This document shows, piece by piece, positions 10,501-22,500 of a DNA stretch of 64,000 nt; position 1 is the first letter of the stretch, and the number at the start of each line of letters is the position of its first letter. The DNA is from Lama glama. Its lineage: Eukaryota. A program made the translations under genes and the position numbers. A model generated the notes under the pieces. The model did not search any database and was not told where the DNA came from. It was given only the letters and a program-made list of their open reading frames with translations. Location: NCBI GenBank assembly GCA_028534125.1, contig CM052851.1:6572001-6636000 (forward strand), written 5' to 3'.

Positions 10501-13500
10501 CTGGCCCTGCCCCTGGCCCTGCCCCCGGCCCTGCCCCCATCCCCAGCCTGGGCTCCTGGGACATGTCAGGGCAAGTCTGGGTGGGCCTGGGCTGTGGCTG
10601 TGGCAGGTGGAAGCAAGCTGCGTGTGAGCCTGGTGAGGTGTCCAGGGGCCAGGCGGTGCAGGCCCAGGGTGACTGGGGCCCCAAGGATCAGGTTACACCC
10701 TGATGGTCTGAGGAGCAAGGAATGGCCATGGAGGTCCAGGATGGCCTGACTATAATGCGGCAGCTCTACAGGCCAACCTTCACTGACCCCAGACCCCCTA
10801 AAACAGAACAAGGTGTGGGGAGAGGGGCACCAGCCTGGGGTGGCTTGGGCAAGGGCTGAGCCTACACTCCTCAGACTGGAGTACTGCGATGAGGCCGTGC
10901 GAGACCCAAGCCAGGCACCCCCAGTGGATGTGCATCAGCCTCCTGCCTTCCTACATAAGCTGCTGCAGCTGGTGGGCATCCGCCTGCACTTCGAGGAGCT
11001 CCCCCAACAGGTGGGCCCAGTCTCGTCCTCACAGTGTCTTTAATTCCTGTTCTCTCTGGACATTTACCCATCTGACTGTCTCCAGCCCTTCTGACCATCT
11101 CTGACCGTATCTTCTTGACCTCTCCTTTCATATCCTCTTACCTCCCAGGAAGGACCCCCAGAGCCTCCCTTGCAGATTGGCAGCTGCTCAGGGTGTCTGG
11201 AGCTGACAGTGAAACTGAAGCAAAATGAGGCCTTCCCAGGCCCCAAGGTGGGTCCCCAGGCCCCTGGGGAGGAGGAATATGCCCCATCTCAGAATCTTCC
11301 TCAGCATTGCTGATCTTCCCTGGGACAAAGCAGAGAAGAGTGTTGACTAGGGGAATTACTGCCTTCTAGGCAACTGGAGAAACTGAGGCTGAGAGTCGTC
11401 CAGTTGTGGCCAGGGTCACACAGCTAGTTGGTGGTATAGCTTAGCCTGGTATCTGGCATCCTGCCTCCTCAGGGTGAGGGCAGGTGGGTGGCAGTTCTCA
11501 GAGGGCCTTGGTGGCAGGTGTTGGCTCCATGGTTACTCCCTCCACCCCTAGCTGGAGGTGTCTGGACAACTGGGCTCCCTGCACCTGCTTCTAACCCCAC
11601 GGCAGCTCCAGCAGCTTCAGGACCTGCTTGATGCAGTGAGCCTTGCAGGTGAGACTCTGGGTGGTCTAGGAGATAGGATGGTGGGAAGAGGCTGGCCAGA
11701 CTGGACTGACATAAGAAAGTGTCCTCCCCGTAGACCCCGAGGGCCTGGTAGACAAACTGAACAAGAGCCGCCCGCTAGGTGCTGAAGATCTGTGGCTGAT
11801 TGAACAGGATCTGAACCAGCAGCTGCAGGCGGGGACTGTAGCTGAGCCCTTCAGCCCAGACCCCGTTTCAAACCCTCTTGTCAACCTGGAGAGCACTGGT
11901 GGGTGTGAAGCCAGAACCAGCAATTGGAAGGGTGTCTGTATGGGTGCAGGAGTCAGGGGGCTGAGCACACCTGTCTCTGACCCTCTTCCCCTGGTTCACA
12001 GACCTCTTCTTCTCCATGGCCGGCCTCACAAGCAGTGTGGCCTCAGCCCTGTCTGAGGTCTCCCTCTCCGACGTAGACCTGGGTTCCTCGGTGCACAGCA
12101 ACATGGCCTCCCGCCGGCTTTCTGCCCAGCACCCCCCAACCGGTGAGTCCTCAGGGGCAGGAAGAGCTGGAGGAAGCCTTGGTGCTGGTGTGATGTTTGT
12201 TACTCGCATGCTATGTCTGGAGGTCCACCACTGTGACTTGGTTCCATGGGAACACTCAATGGGAGGTAAAGATGCAATGGACAGAGCCTAGGTTTCAGAG
12301 TCAGTGACCTTGGGCCAAGCTCTTAAACTGCTGGAGACTCAGTTTCCCCTTCCACAAAAAAAGAATAGGAAGATTTGATCCTGCCAGGCTGCATGTTTTG
12401 CTTGATGTTTATTGAGAGATTGTGTGTGGCAGGTACTGGGTAAGTGCTTTATCACCTTTCTTGCAGCTCCCTTGAGAGGACTGAATCAAGCCTGGGCCCA
12501 GTGTCTGGCTCAGTGAGGCTTCGTGTCACCCTTGCCTGGCCAAGCCCCCAGCCAGAGTCACAGTCCAGCTAGGCCAGGGCTTCTCCCAGCCCTTAGACCA
12601 GTGTCTGACTGTCACCTTACCTGGGATGCTTATGAGCTCTGGGGAGCCCCTGATGAAGTCTTTGTTCTTTCAGGCAAGACAGCCCCCACACCCTCCTCGA
12701 ACACCCTGCGCCCTGACTCGCTGCTGAAGATGACTTTGGGGGGCGTGACCCTGACCTTGCTTCAGACATCTGCCCCGTCTTCCGGACCACCTGACCTCAC
12801 CACCCACTTTTTTTCGGAGTTTGATGCCTCCAAAGATGGGTCCTTCGGCTCTCATGACTTCTACCATCTCCGACCGCGCTTCCAGAGGGCCTGTCCCTGT
12901 AGTCATGTCCGGTACAAGCCCAAGGCAGGGACCTGGGCTTAAGGGGACTCTCCAAACCCGCCCAAGCTCACCTTCTGATGCCCTGTGTCTTCCCCATAGG
13001 CTAACAGGTGCAGCTGTGCAGCTGTCCTGGGAGCTGCGGACAAGCAGGGGCCGGCGGATCACCAGCACGGAAGTGCACTTTGGGCAGCTGGAGGTGCTAG
13101 AGTGTCTGTGGCCCAGGGGCACCTCGGAGCCTGAGTACACAGAGGTGAGGGCTGAGAGAAAGCCAGGATATGGGCAGCAGGGCCTAGTGGTGAGGGTGGG
13201 TGTGGGGGCTCAGCCTCACCCTGTTGCTTCCCATGTCCCATCCCAGATCCTGAGCTTCCCCAACAGCCTGGCCTCCCAGGCCTCAGCTAAGCCTTGCGCC
13301 CACCTGCGCCACATGCAGACTCTGCGCCGGATACACAAGGTAACCTACCTCACTTCAGGCCCAGCGGCCCTTGACTGTTTCCCATGGTGTACTGCCCGTA
13401 CTGGCCTCCCCTGGTGCCTCCCTGCTCCCACTCTCCACCCCCATTACCTGTGTTCAAACCAGAGCACATCTTTCCATCCGGGATCCCTTGAATACATCTG

Positions 13501-16500
13501 GGGCTAGGCTGCTCCAGGGCTGGGAGTGGCAAGTATTGGGTAGCTTTCGCTAAACAAGCCTGATCTGCCTCGAGCAGGACAGTAAAGGGCTTCCCATCTT
13601 CTTCTGGGTCCCTTAACCAAGCTCTTCTCCCCATCGCTTGGGAGGGCTCTGTGTTCTGTTTTTCCTCAAGGGGGACCCTGCCCATCCTGCCCTCACCATG
13701 TCATAGCCTTCATTGACTTGTGTACCCTCTCCCTCAGAGCCGACCCCGGCGCCCAGCTGCCTGCCACTACCACTCAGAACTGGCCCTGGACCTGGCTGAC
13801 TTCCAGGCAGATGTGGAGCTGGGGGCCCTGGACCGGCTCTCTGCCCTGCTGCACCTGGCCACCATACCCCCTCCTGAGTTGCTTGCTGGCCTGCTGGTAA
13901 GATGCCCAACTAGGATGGAGAGCAGGGCGTGGACTAGCTGGCTCTTGACCACAGTTGCAGGGGCTGGAGGAGGGGATTGGCCCAGGCAGCATCTCTGACC
14001 CCCCGACCCTCCACAGACAGAGACCCCACCAGCTGCTGAGCAGCAGACAGTGGTGCAGCTATCAGCACCCAGGGCCACGCTGCAGCTGCGCTTCCCCATT
14101 GCCGACCTGCGGCCTGAGCGGGACCCCTGGGCGGGCCAGGCTGTGCGGGCTGAGCAGCTGCGGTTAGAGCTGATTGAGCCCCAGTTCCGGTCAGAGTTAA
14201 GCAGTGGGCCTGGTCCCCCAGCCCCAACCCGCCTGGAACTTTCCTACTCCGACCTACATGGTAAGAGCCCCCCTGGGTATAACTCGTTAGGCAGGGGGCT
14301 CAGGCCTCTAGGAGAGTTGGGCTTGGGGCAATGGAATGGGCTGGGTCACAGTGGGGACAGACCCTGGTCCAGGCCTCATCAGCTTTGTGAGGCACCAGCA
14401 TTGCCTATCCCCAGGCTTCCTGGGCAAGAGGCAGAGTGGACCCTTTATCCTTGAACGACTATAGACTGTGGGCATAGGTCTGTAAACAGTAAAAGATGGT
14501 TGTCACGGTGAGGGGTGCTCCAATCCCCCACTGGCCCACCTGGCATTGAGGAAGAAATAGGGAAAGGCAGCAGTGACAACCCCTCACTCCTCCCCATCCC
14601 CTCCAGTCACCTACGAAGATGGAGAGAAGCCACCTGTCCCCTGCCTGCGGGTCTCTAAAGCCCTGGATCCCAAGAGCCCTGGGCACAAGTACTTCCTGCC
14701 CCAGTAAGTTGGGGCTTTGGAGGAGCAGACAGAGAGGAGGGCTTTGCTACTGAGGGCGGTGGGAGGCCACTTGGGACCAGGGGCTCGGGGCCCTGCAGGC
14801 CAATGACAGGCCTGTGCCCTGGCAGGGTAGTGGTGACCCTGAACCCCCAGCTCAGCAGCACACAGTGGGAAGTGGCCCCGGAGAAGGGAGAGGAGCTGGA
14901 GCTGTCGGCTGAGAATCTGTGTGAGCTTCAGGAACCTGAGCCTTCACCCTTCTCCTCAAAAAGGACCATGTACGAGACGGAAGAGGTGAGGCCCAGGACC
15001 TACGAGTCTCATGGGAGCCACTTGGTGGCTGTGGGCCATGGGGAAAACACCATCTGGGGCACCAGGTGATGTGACCCAGCGTCAGTGAGAATTTCATCTC
15101 TTCCATCATCTCTGGTCAACAGGGAGGCAGAAACACCACAGCTGGCGGGGCCTAGGAGTGAGGGCAGGGACCCAGGGGGCATGGGTCCTTGATCAGGAAG
15201 ATCACAACCCCGTCCCTTCAGCCATTTATCAGCAGTGTATGTTTGGGCCTCAGGACCCTCTTCTCTGAAGGTGATGAGGGTTGAGTAGGAGGCGGTTAAG
15301 GGCCTGGCCTCTGAACCAAATGGCCTGGGTTCAAATTCAGGCTCTGTCACTCAATTGGGTGTATCATCTGGGGGAGTTGTCTCATCTCTTGAAAAGTCAC
15401 CTACAGATAAATTTCCCCACTTGGAAAGTGGGTATAATGACCTGTCTCACAGACCTGTTATGAGAATAAAGAAGTTAACATACACAAGGCACTCAGGGCA
15501 GGGTTCGCACGCAGTCAGCGCTTCGCACAAAATGGCTGTCCTATGTCCCAGCAGAAAAGGCTCATGTAAATGAATGAGAAATAGGTCAGGAAACTAACCT
15601 GGGTCTGATTGAAAAGCCAGCAGCAGGCTCTGACATTTCTCACCCCCTTTCCTGCTCCCCCATCCAGATGGTGATTCCTGGAGACCCTGAGGAAATGAGG
15701 GCCTTTCAGAACCGGGCCCTGGCGCTGTCTCGCTGCAGCCTGGAAGTGGTCCTGCCCAGCGCCCATGTCTTCCTGCCCAGCAAGGAGGTCTATGAGAGCC
15801 TCTACAACAGGTGGCGACATGGGTAGGGCGGGGGTGGCCAGGGGCTGGGCTGGGCCTCCCTCACCACCGTGGTCCTACTGCCCTCTCAGGATCAACAACG
15901 ACCTGCTCCTGTGGGAGCCTGCGGACCTGCTTCCCAGCCCCGCCCCCGCCACGCGCCCCGCTGGCTTCCCGGACGCCTCGGGCTTGTGGCACGACAACTT
16001 CAAGATGTGCAAGTCTGCCTTCAAGCTGGGTAGGAGGGGTGCCCTGGTGGGGCCCTGGGGCCAGGGCAGCCCTCCCAGGTCTCCTTCCCACTTGGCTCCT
16101 TGATCTCACCCCAGACTCGGACTCGGACGATGAGGACACCCACTTCTCAGTGGGGGCGTCAGGTGCCCCCCGGCCCCCTGCCCCTGAATCCCCTCACTCC
16201 CAGAGTACCTTCTCTACACTGGTGACGGTGCTGAAGGGTCGGATCACGGCCCACTGTGAAACCAAGGTGAGGGCAGCCCAGGGGAGGTGAGCCCCTAACT
16301 CCAGAGCCCCCACTGGCAAGAGAACAAGGCCAGTGTCAGCAGTTCCAAGCTGGGAATGTGGGAAACGGACTCCACTGGGAACTGAGTGTGGCCTCTCCAG
16401 CCAGCAGCATCTACCCACCACCCACTTACCCACCCGTGCCACCACACCCATCTCATCACTGCCCCTTATTAGCACCTGCTGTATGTAAGACACCATGCTA

Positions 16501-19500
16501 GGGGTCCTAATTGGCACCATCTGATGTTCGGAGGCAGACAGGGCAAGGATGACCCTTCCCCTCTGGCAAAAGAGAAAGTACTGCCCTGGACCTCCAGCAG
16601 TCTGGGTAGAGGCTGGAGCTGATCCTAGTCAGGCCAGGACTCTCCGAGGCCCCTCACCCCCAAGGGTCAGGGCTGCTAAGTGTAGCTGGTGAGGCCAAAC
16701 CACATGCTCTGTCTGCAGGACGAGTGTGGGAAACGGCTGGAGGCTGCACACGGGGAACTGGTGCTAGACATGGAACAAGGCACCATCTTCAGCGTCTCCC
16801 ATTACCGAGGCCAGCCGGGCCTTGGCTACTTCTGCCTGGAAGCTGAAAAGGCAACACTCTACCACCGAGGTGTGAGGGCTGGGGGCCAGTTGCCATGGGG
16901 TCTCTAGGGTCCATGGACAGGGGTTGAGTCTTTCAGGAGGAATACGTGCCTTTCCTGGGTGGAGTGGGGGATCAGCCAGCTTGGCAGGGGACTCACCAGA
17001 TGTCTCCCTAGCGGCCGTGGATGACTATTTGCTGCCCAGTCGCCTGGAGCTGCCCACCTTTGCTCCTCCGGCCCAGCTGGCCCTAACCATCTACCCATCA
17101 GAGGAAGGGATGACTGAGCAAGGAGCCTCGGGCCGCAAGGGCCAAGGCCGGGGCTCCCACATGCTGTCCACCGCTGTGCGCATCCAACTGGACCCCCACA
17201 AGAATGTCAAGGTATAGCCATACCTGCTTCTGGATGGCCCACTTGTTTGGGCAGGACCACTGCCTCCCTGGTGCCTGGCAGGCTGGGCTGCTACCATGGG
17301 CTGACTGTGCCCTGCCCCCAGGAGTTCCTGGTGACACTGCGGCTGCACAGAGCTACGCTGCGCCACTACATGGCCCTGCCAGAACAGAGCTGGCACTCCC
17401 AGGTGAGCGAGGGTGGTGTGGGCAGGCAAGTCTCAAGGCTGGGATAAGGCTGGTGTGAGGGCCATGGGCTGGACCAGAGCTGACCTTAGGCTGGAGCTGA
17501 CTTCTGGGCGGAGCCCCTGGGCAAGGGATGTGATGGACAGCTGATGGGCAGCAAGTGGGGACCTGTGCTGGGGTGGAGAGTTAGAGGGAGAAAGAGGTCC
17601 CTTTATCCTCACTGCCCCTCTCGCCCTGGCCCCCAAAGCTGTTGGAGTTCTTAGATGTCCTGGATGATCCAGTGCTGGGCTACCTGCCTCCAACAGTCAT
17701 TACCATCCTACACATACACCTGTTCTCCTGTGCTGTGGACTACAGGTACCCAGGCACAGGTGGCTGGGGCCAGGGGCTGGGGGCAGGCTCTCTCATGTAA
17801 GGCGTCTGCCCCAGCCCAAGTGTGACCTCCCACCCACCCCAGGCCCCTCTACCTCCCTGTACGTGTCCTTGTCACTGCTGAGACCTTCACCCTCTCCAGC
17901 AACATCGTCATGGACACCTCTACCTTCCTGCTCAGGTATGGAGCTCTCCCCACCCCAGCTCCCTGTCCATCCTACCCCAAGCTGAGTCAGCTGCCATTCC
18001 TCTAGGGTCCTACCTCCCTGCTGTACATCCTCAGGCCACTGTGAGCCTTTCTGTACAATCATGTGATCTCTTCCTGAGGCACAAGATTGGGTTTCACCTT
18101 CCTAGAGGGCAGTCAGACCTCCGAATCAGAGCCTTAAAAGCATTTAAGCTCTCTGACCTGATACTCTCACTTCCGGTGGCTGTCCTAAGGATATAAGGAT
18201 AAGAAAAGGTGAAGTATAATGCCCCTGTAGTATAATTTTAAATAGTCAAAACTTATAAACAATTTAAATGCCCCCACATCACATTATAACCTCAGTTAGT
18301 AAACATGGCCAACACAACCATTAAAGTCAAATTAAAGAATAACATTGAAAAATATAGGGAAATGCCATGTTACAATACTTACTGGAAAGAAGTAAGATAT
18401 AAAACTATTTTTTTAAGAAAGATTATTTGCATATAATTGGGATTGGTACCAGGACCCTTTGCAGATACCAAAATCCAGGGGTGCTCAAATCACTCATAAG
18501 TGACATGTAAAAGAGTGTGATATATGTATATAACCCATGCATATCCTCCCATATTCTTTAAATCATCTCTGGTTTATTTATAATACCTAATACAATGTAA
18601 GTGCTGTGTAAGTGGTTATCAGCACATGGAAAATTCAAGTTTTGCTTTTTGGAATTGTCTAATTTTTTTTCTTTTAATATTTTTGATCCCCAGTTGGTTG
18701 ACTCCTCAGAAGTGTAGCTAGCAGATATGGAGGGATGACTGTATATGGTCCTTTGCTCAGAGTTTGGGATTAGCTGTATTTTAAAATATCCTAAAGGAGC
18801 TGTGTTATGTTGCCCTTAAAATAAGGACTTTCAAAGAACAATGCATACTGTAGGGGGAAAACGGGACATTTTCCTCCCAGGGCTGTTGTGAGGCCCGGGT
18901 GAGGTGGAGGAGCTGCAAGTACTTGGAGAAAGATAAGTGCTGCCCAGTTTCTTCGAGTGTCTGCTATCTGGGCCTGAGGCACGGAAGACCAGGCCCAGTC
19001 TCCCCATTGTACAGACAAGAACACTAAGACCAGAGAAGGCCCAGCACTAGTTTCTTGTGGGCTTGAGACTCCCGGTGGGTGCTCCCTCTGCCTGTCTCTG
19101 GGAGCCCCACCCCTGCCAGCTCCTAGGAGCTGCTCCCTGCAGCGGCTCCCTGGCCCTTCTCAGCCCTGTTCCCCACCAGGTTCATCCTTGACGACTCCGC
19201 CTTGTACCTGTCTGACAAGTGTGAGATGGAGACCCTGGATCTGCGGCGAGGTGGGCAGGGCTTGGACTGGGCTCCTCCCCTCTGATGGACTGTGGCCCCT
19301 GGCTATACCCAGAGCAGCCAGATATCCTCCCCCAGCTGCTAGCCGGGTTTTCAGCACCCATACACATGTGCACACACACAAGGACTGCACCCAGATAAAC
19401 CCTAGGTTCTCCCCTCTGGTGGTGGACCAGGGGCTGGGTGGGAGGAGGCAACAGAGACTTCTGACTTCTACCTCAGATTACGTCTGTGTCTTGGACGTTG

Positions 19501-22500
19501 ACCTTCTGGAGCTCGTCATCAAAACCTGGAAGGGGAGCATTGAGGACAAACTGGTGAGTGTGGCTGTCACCCAGGGTTCCCCAGAGCCAGAGCAGGCACA
19601 TGGGCCAAGGGAGCCTTCCGGGGTCATTCTTTCCCTACACTGTCCCTTTGCTTCTGTTCCCTGGGCCTGGGCTCAGGTCACGGTCACTGACAGCCCTTTC
19701 CATGCTGGGCTATGGTTATTGGCCCTCCTAGGAAGGGCTGGGTCCACTATGGGCATCCCTCAATGTGAACCCTGCCACTAGAGGGCAACTGCAGCCAAGA
19801 AAAAGCCAGGGCCTCAGCATCAGGCAGCCTGGGTGGGTCCTCAGTCCCCTCCTCTGTAAAATGGAAATACTAGGCCCTGCCTCACTGGGCTGAGGTGAAG
19901 GATAAAGGAGGCTGGGCACTCGAAGTCCTTCACACAGGAAGTGCTCTCCTGCTTTGTCTGGCGGCCTTGGGCAAAGCCCCCTGCACTCTCTGGGCTGTTT
20001 GCTCACACGTTCAGTGGGTTATTGGGCAGGCTGACCACCCCAGGGAAGACCTGGCCCAGTCCTATAGTATGTGTGGTGGGGGTAGAGCCTGGGCTGATGG
20101 CCTACGACCAACCCCGCAGAGTCAGCCATTGTTCGAACTCCGCTGCTCCAACAACGTGATACACATGCACAGCTGTGCTGACTCCTGTGCCCTGCTGGTC
20201 AACCTGCTCCAGTACATAATGAGTGAGGGTGACCTGCACCCCCCACTCAGGCCCCCCAGCCCCACGGAGATCGCTGGCCAGAAGGTACAGGTAAGGCCTG
20301 GCTGAACAGGCTACCAGAGCTCTGCTGGGCCCCCTTCCTCACCGTGCCCCCAGGGACCTGGTGATGGGGGAGCAGTAGGGCCCTGCCCCCCCTTACATTC
20401 ACCACTCCTCCCCTGCCTGGCCCAGCTCTCCGAAAGCCCTGCCTCCCTGCCCTCATGCCCCTCAGTGGAGACAGCCCTTATCAACCAGCGGGACCTGACC
20501 GACGCCCTCCTGGACACCGAGCGCAGCCTGCGGGAGCTGGCCCAGGCTTCAGGTGGGTAGGGGTGCTTTTGGGCCAGCAGACATAATCAGGCACCCGCAT
20601 TGGGCATCCCCCTAAACTGTCCTCTCTCCCACAGGTAGCCCCTTCTTTCAGGCCTCGCCAGTATCGGTCTACCTATTCCCAGGTGAACGGAGTGGGGCCC
20701 AGCCCCCCTCGCCCCCTGTTGAGGCCCCCACTGGCAGCTTGAGGTCTCATTCAGAGGCCAAAGAAGATGAAAAGGAAGAAGAGGGGGATGGAGACACTCT
20801 GGACAGTGATGAGTTTTGCATCCTTGACGCTCCTGGCCTGGGCATCCTGGTGTGTGGTGGGCAGGCTGGGCAGGAACCAGGGAGAGGGTGGCTCACATCT
20901 AGGCCCTTCTAGGACTCCTACTGTGAGAGAGGCAGGAGGTGGTCAATATCAGCGTGGGGGCGGGGTCCATGAGTGGGGCTGGGAGGGTCTCCCTGGGGAG
21001 GCAGTCCTCACCCTGGGCTTTGAAGGAGTTAATGGGTTTCCAGAGGAAGAGAGAAGGCGTGGCATCCTGGGCAGTGGGACTGGGGCATTCAAGAGTAGGG
21101 AGGGAGAGGGGCAGAGCAGTTAGTGGGAGGGTGAGGAACCATTTGGCTGCAAGGGTGCTGACCTCCAAGCAAGATCTAGTTTCCAGGGAGTCAGGGCTGG
21201 TGGGAGCAAGGAGCACGCAAGCCCCTCAGGACAGTGGCCCGTGAGAGTCATCTTTTATGAAAAGGGGGAGGGAGATGTGAGGATGAGTGAGAAACAGGTG
21301 GCCTGGACTGGGGAAAGCTTCTGTGCCTCATATGCTCACTTGGCCTCCTCCCTGCAGCCGCAGGATGGGGAGCCTGTGGTGACACAGCTGCATCCAGGCC
21401 CCATCATTGTGCAGGACGGGCACTTCTCTCAGCCACTGGGCAGCACAGATCTGCTGCGGGCACCCGCCCACTTCCCAGTGCCCAGCAGTCGCGTGGTGCT
21501 GCGTGAGGTCTCCCTTGTCTGGCACCTCTATGGGGGCCGAGACTTTGGCCCTCATCCCGGACACAGGTGAGGAGAGGGTCCGGGTGGCAGCTGAGGCAGT
21601 GGGGCCCTCAGGAGATGGGGTCCAGGTTGGAGTCCAGCTCTGACCTTCAGCAGCTGATAACCTTGAGCCCAATCCTTGCCTTGCTAGCCTCAACTCTTCC
21701 TCTTTCCTTGCCCTGCCCACCTCCCAGGAGAGGATCTCTTGCCCCAGACTGAAAGTCCTGCTCTGACAGGAGGGAACGAGGGAAGGGGGTTCCCCTGAGC
21801 CAGCTTGTCCCTTGTTCCTCTTCCCAGGGCAAGAGTTGGCCTCACAGGCCCCAGAAGCTCCCCTTCCCGCGGCTCTGGCCCCAACCGGCCCCAGAACTCC
21901 TGGCGTGCACAGGGGGGCAGTGGGAGGCAGCACCATGTCCTCATGGAGATCCAGCTCAGCAAGGTGAGCTGGGGGACTCAGGGTGCAGAAGGCCAGCCAA
22001 GCTGAGGGACAGGGACAGGCCCTCCCATCCCTGCTAGCACATCTGTCCACAGGAACTTCGTACAGGCCCTTGGTCATGAGCTGTGTCTCATGTTCACGGA
22101 GCTGCTGCCATGCTATTCTACATGCTGGGTGTAGTGATGAGCAAAGCAGACAGAAACTGCCCTCCTGCCACTTGTATCATAGTCAAGGGAGCCCCATAAG
22201 ATATATAAATGTATATGGGTACATTTAGATACAGTCAAATGTGATAAATGCTCAGAAAAAGTAAACAGGGAGGAGGCATAGAGAGTGCTAGAGAGGGCAG
22301 GAAAGTCCTTGTTAAAATATGCCATTTTGTACAAAGATGTGAGGAAGTGAGCCAGGAGGAGGTTTTTCAGGCAGAGGGTGCAGCATGAAGGCTGCAAACT
22401 GGGAACATCCTTGGTGGGTTCTGGGAGCAGCAAGGAGGCCAGTGGGACTCCCGCTGAGCAGGGAGGACACAAGGCCAGAGATTCGGCCTAGACCAGGCTG

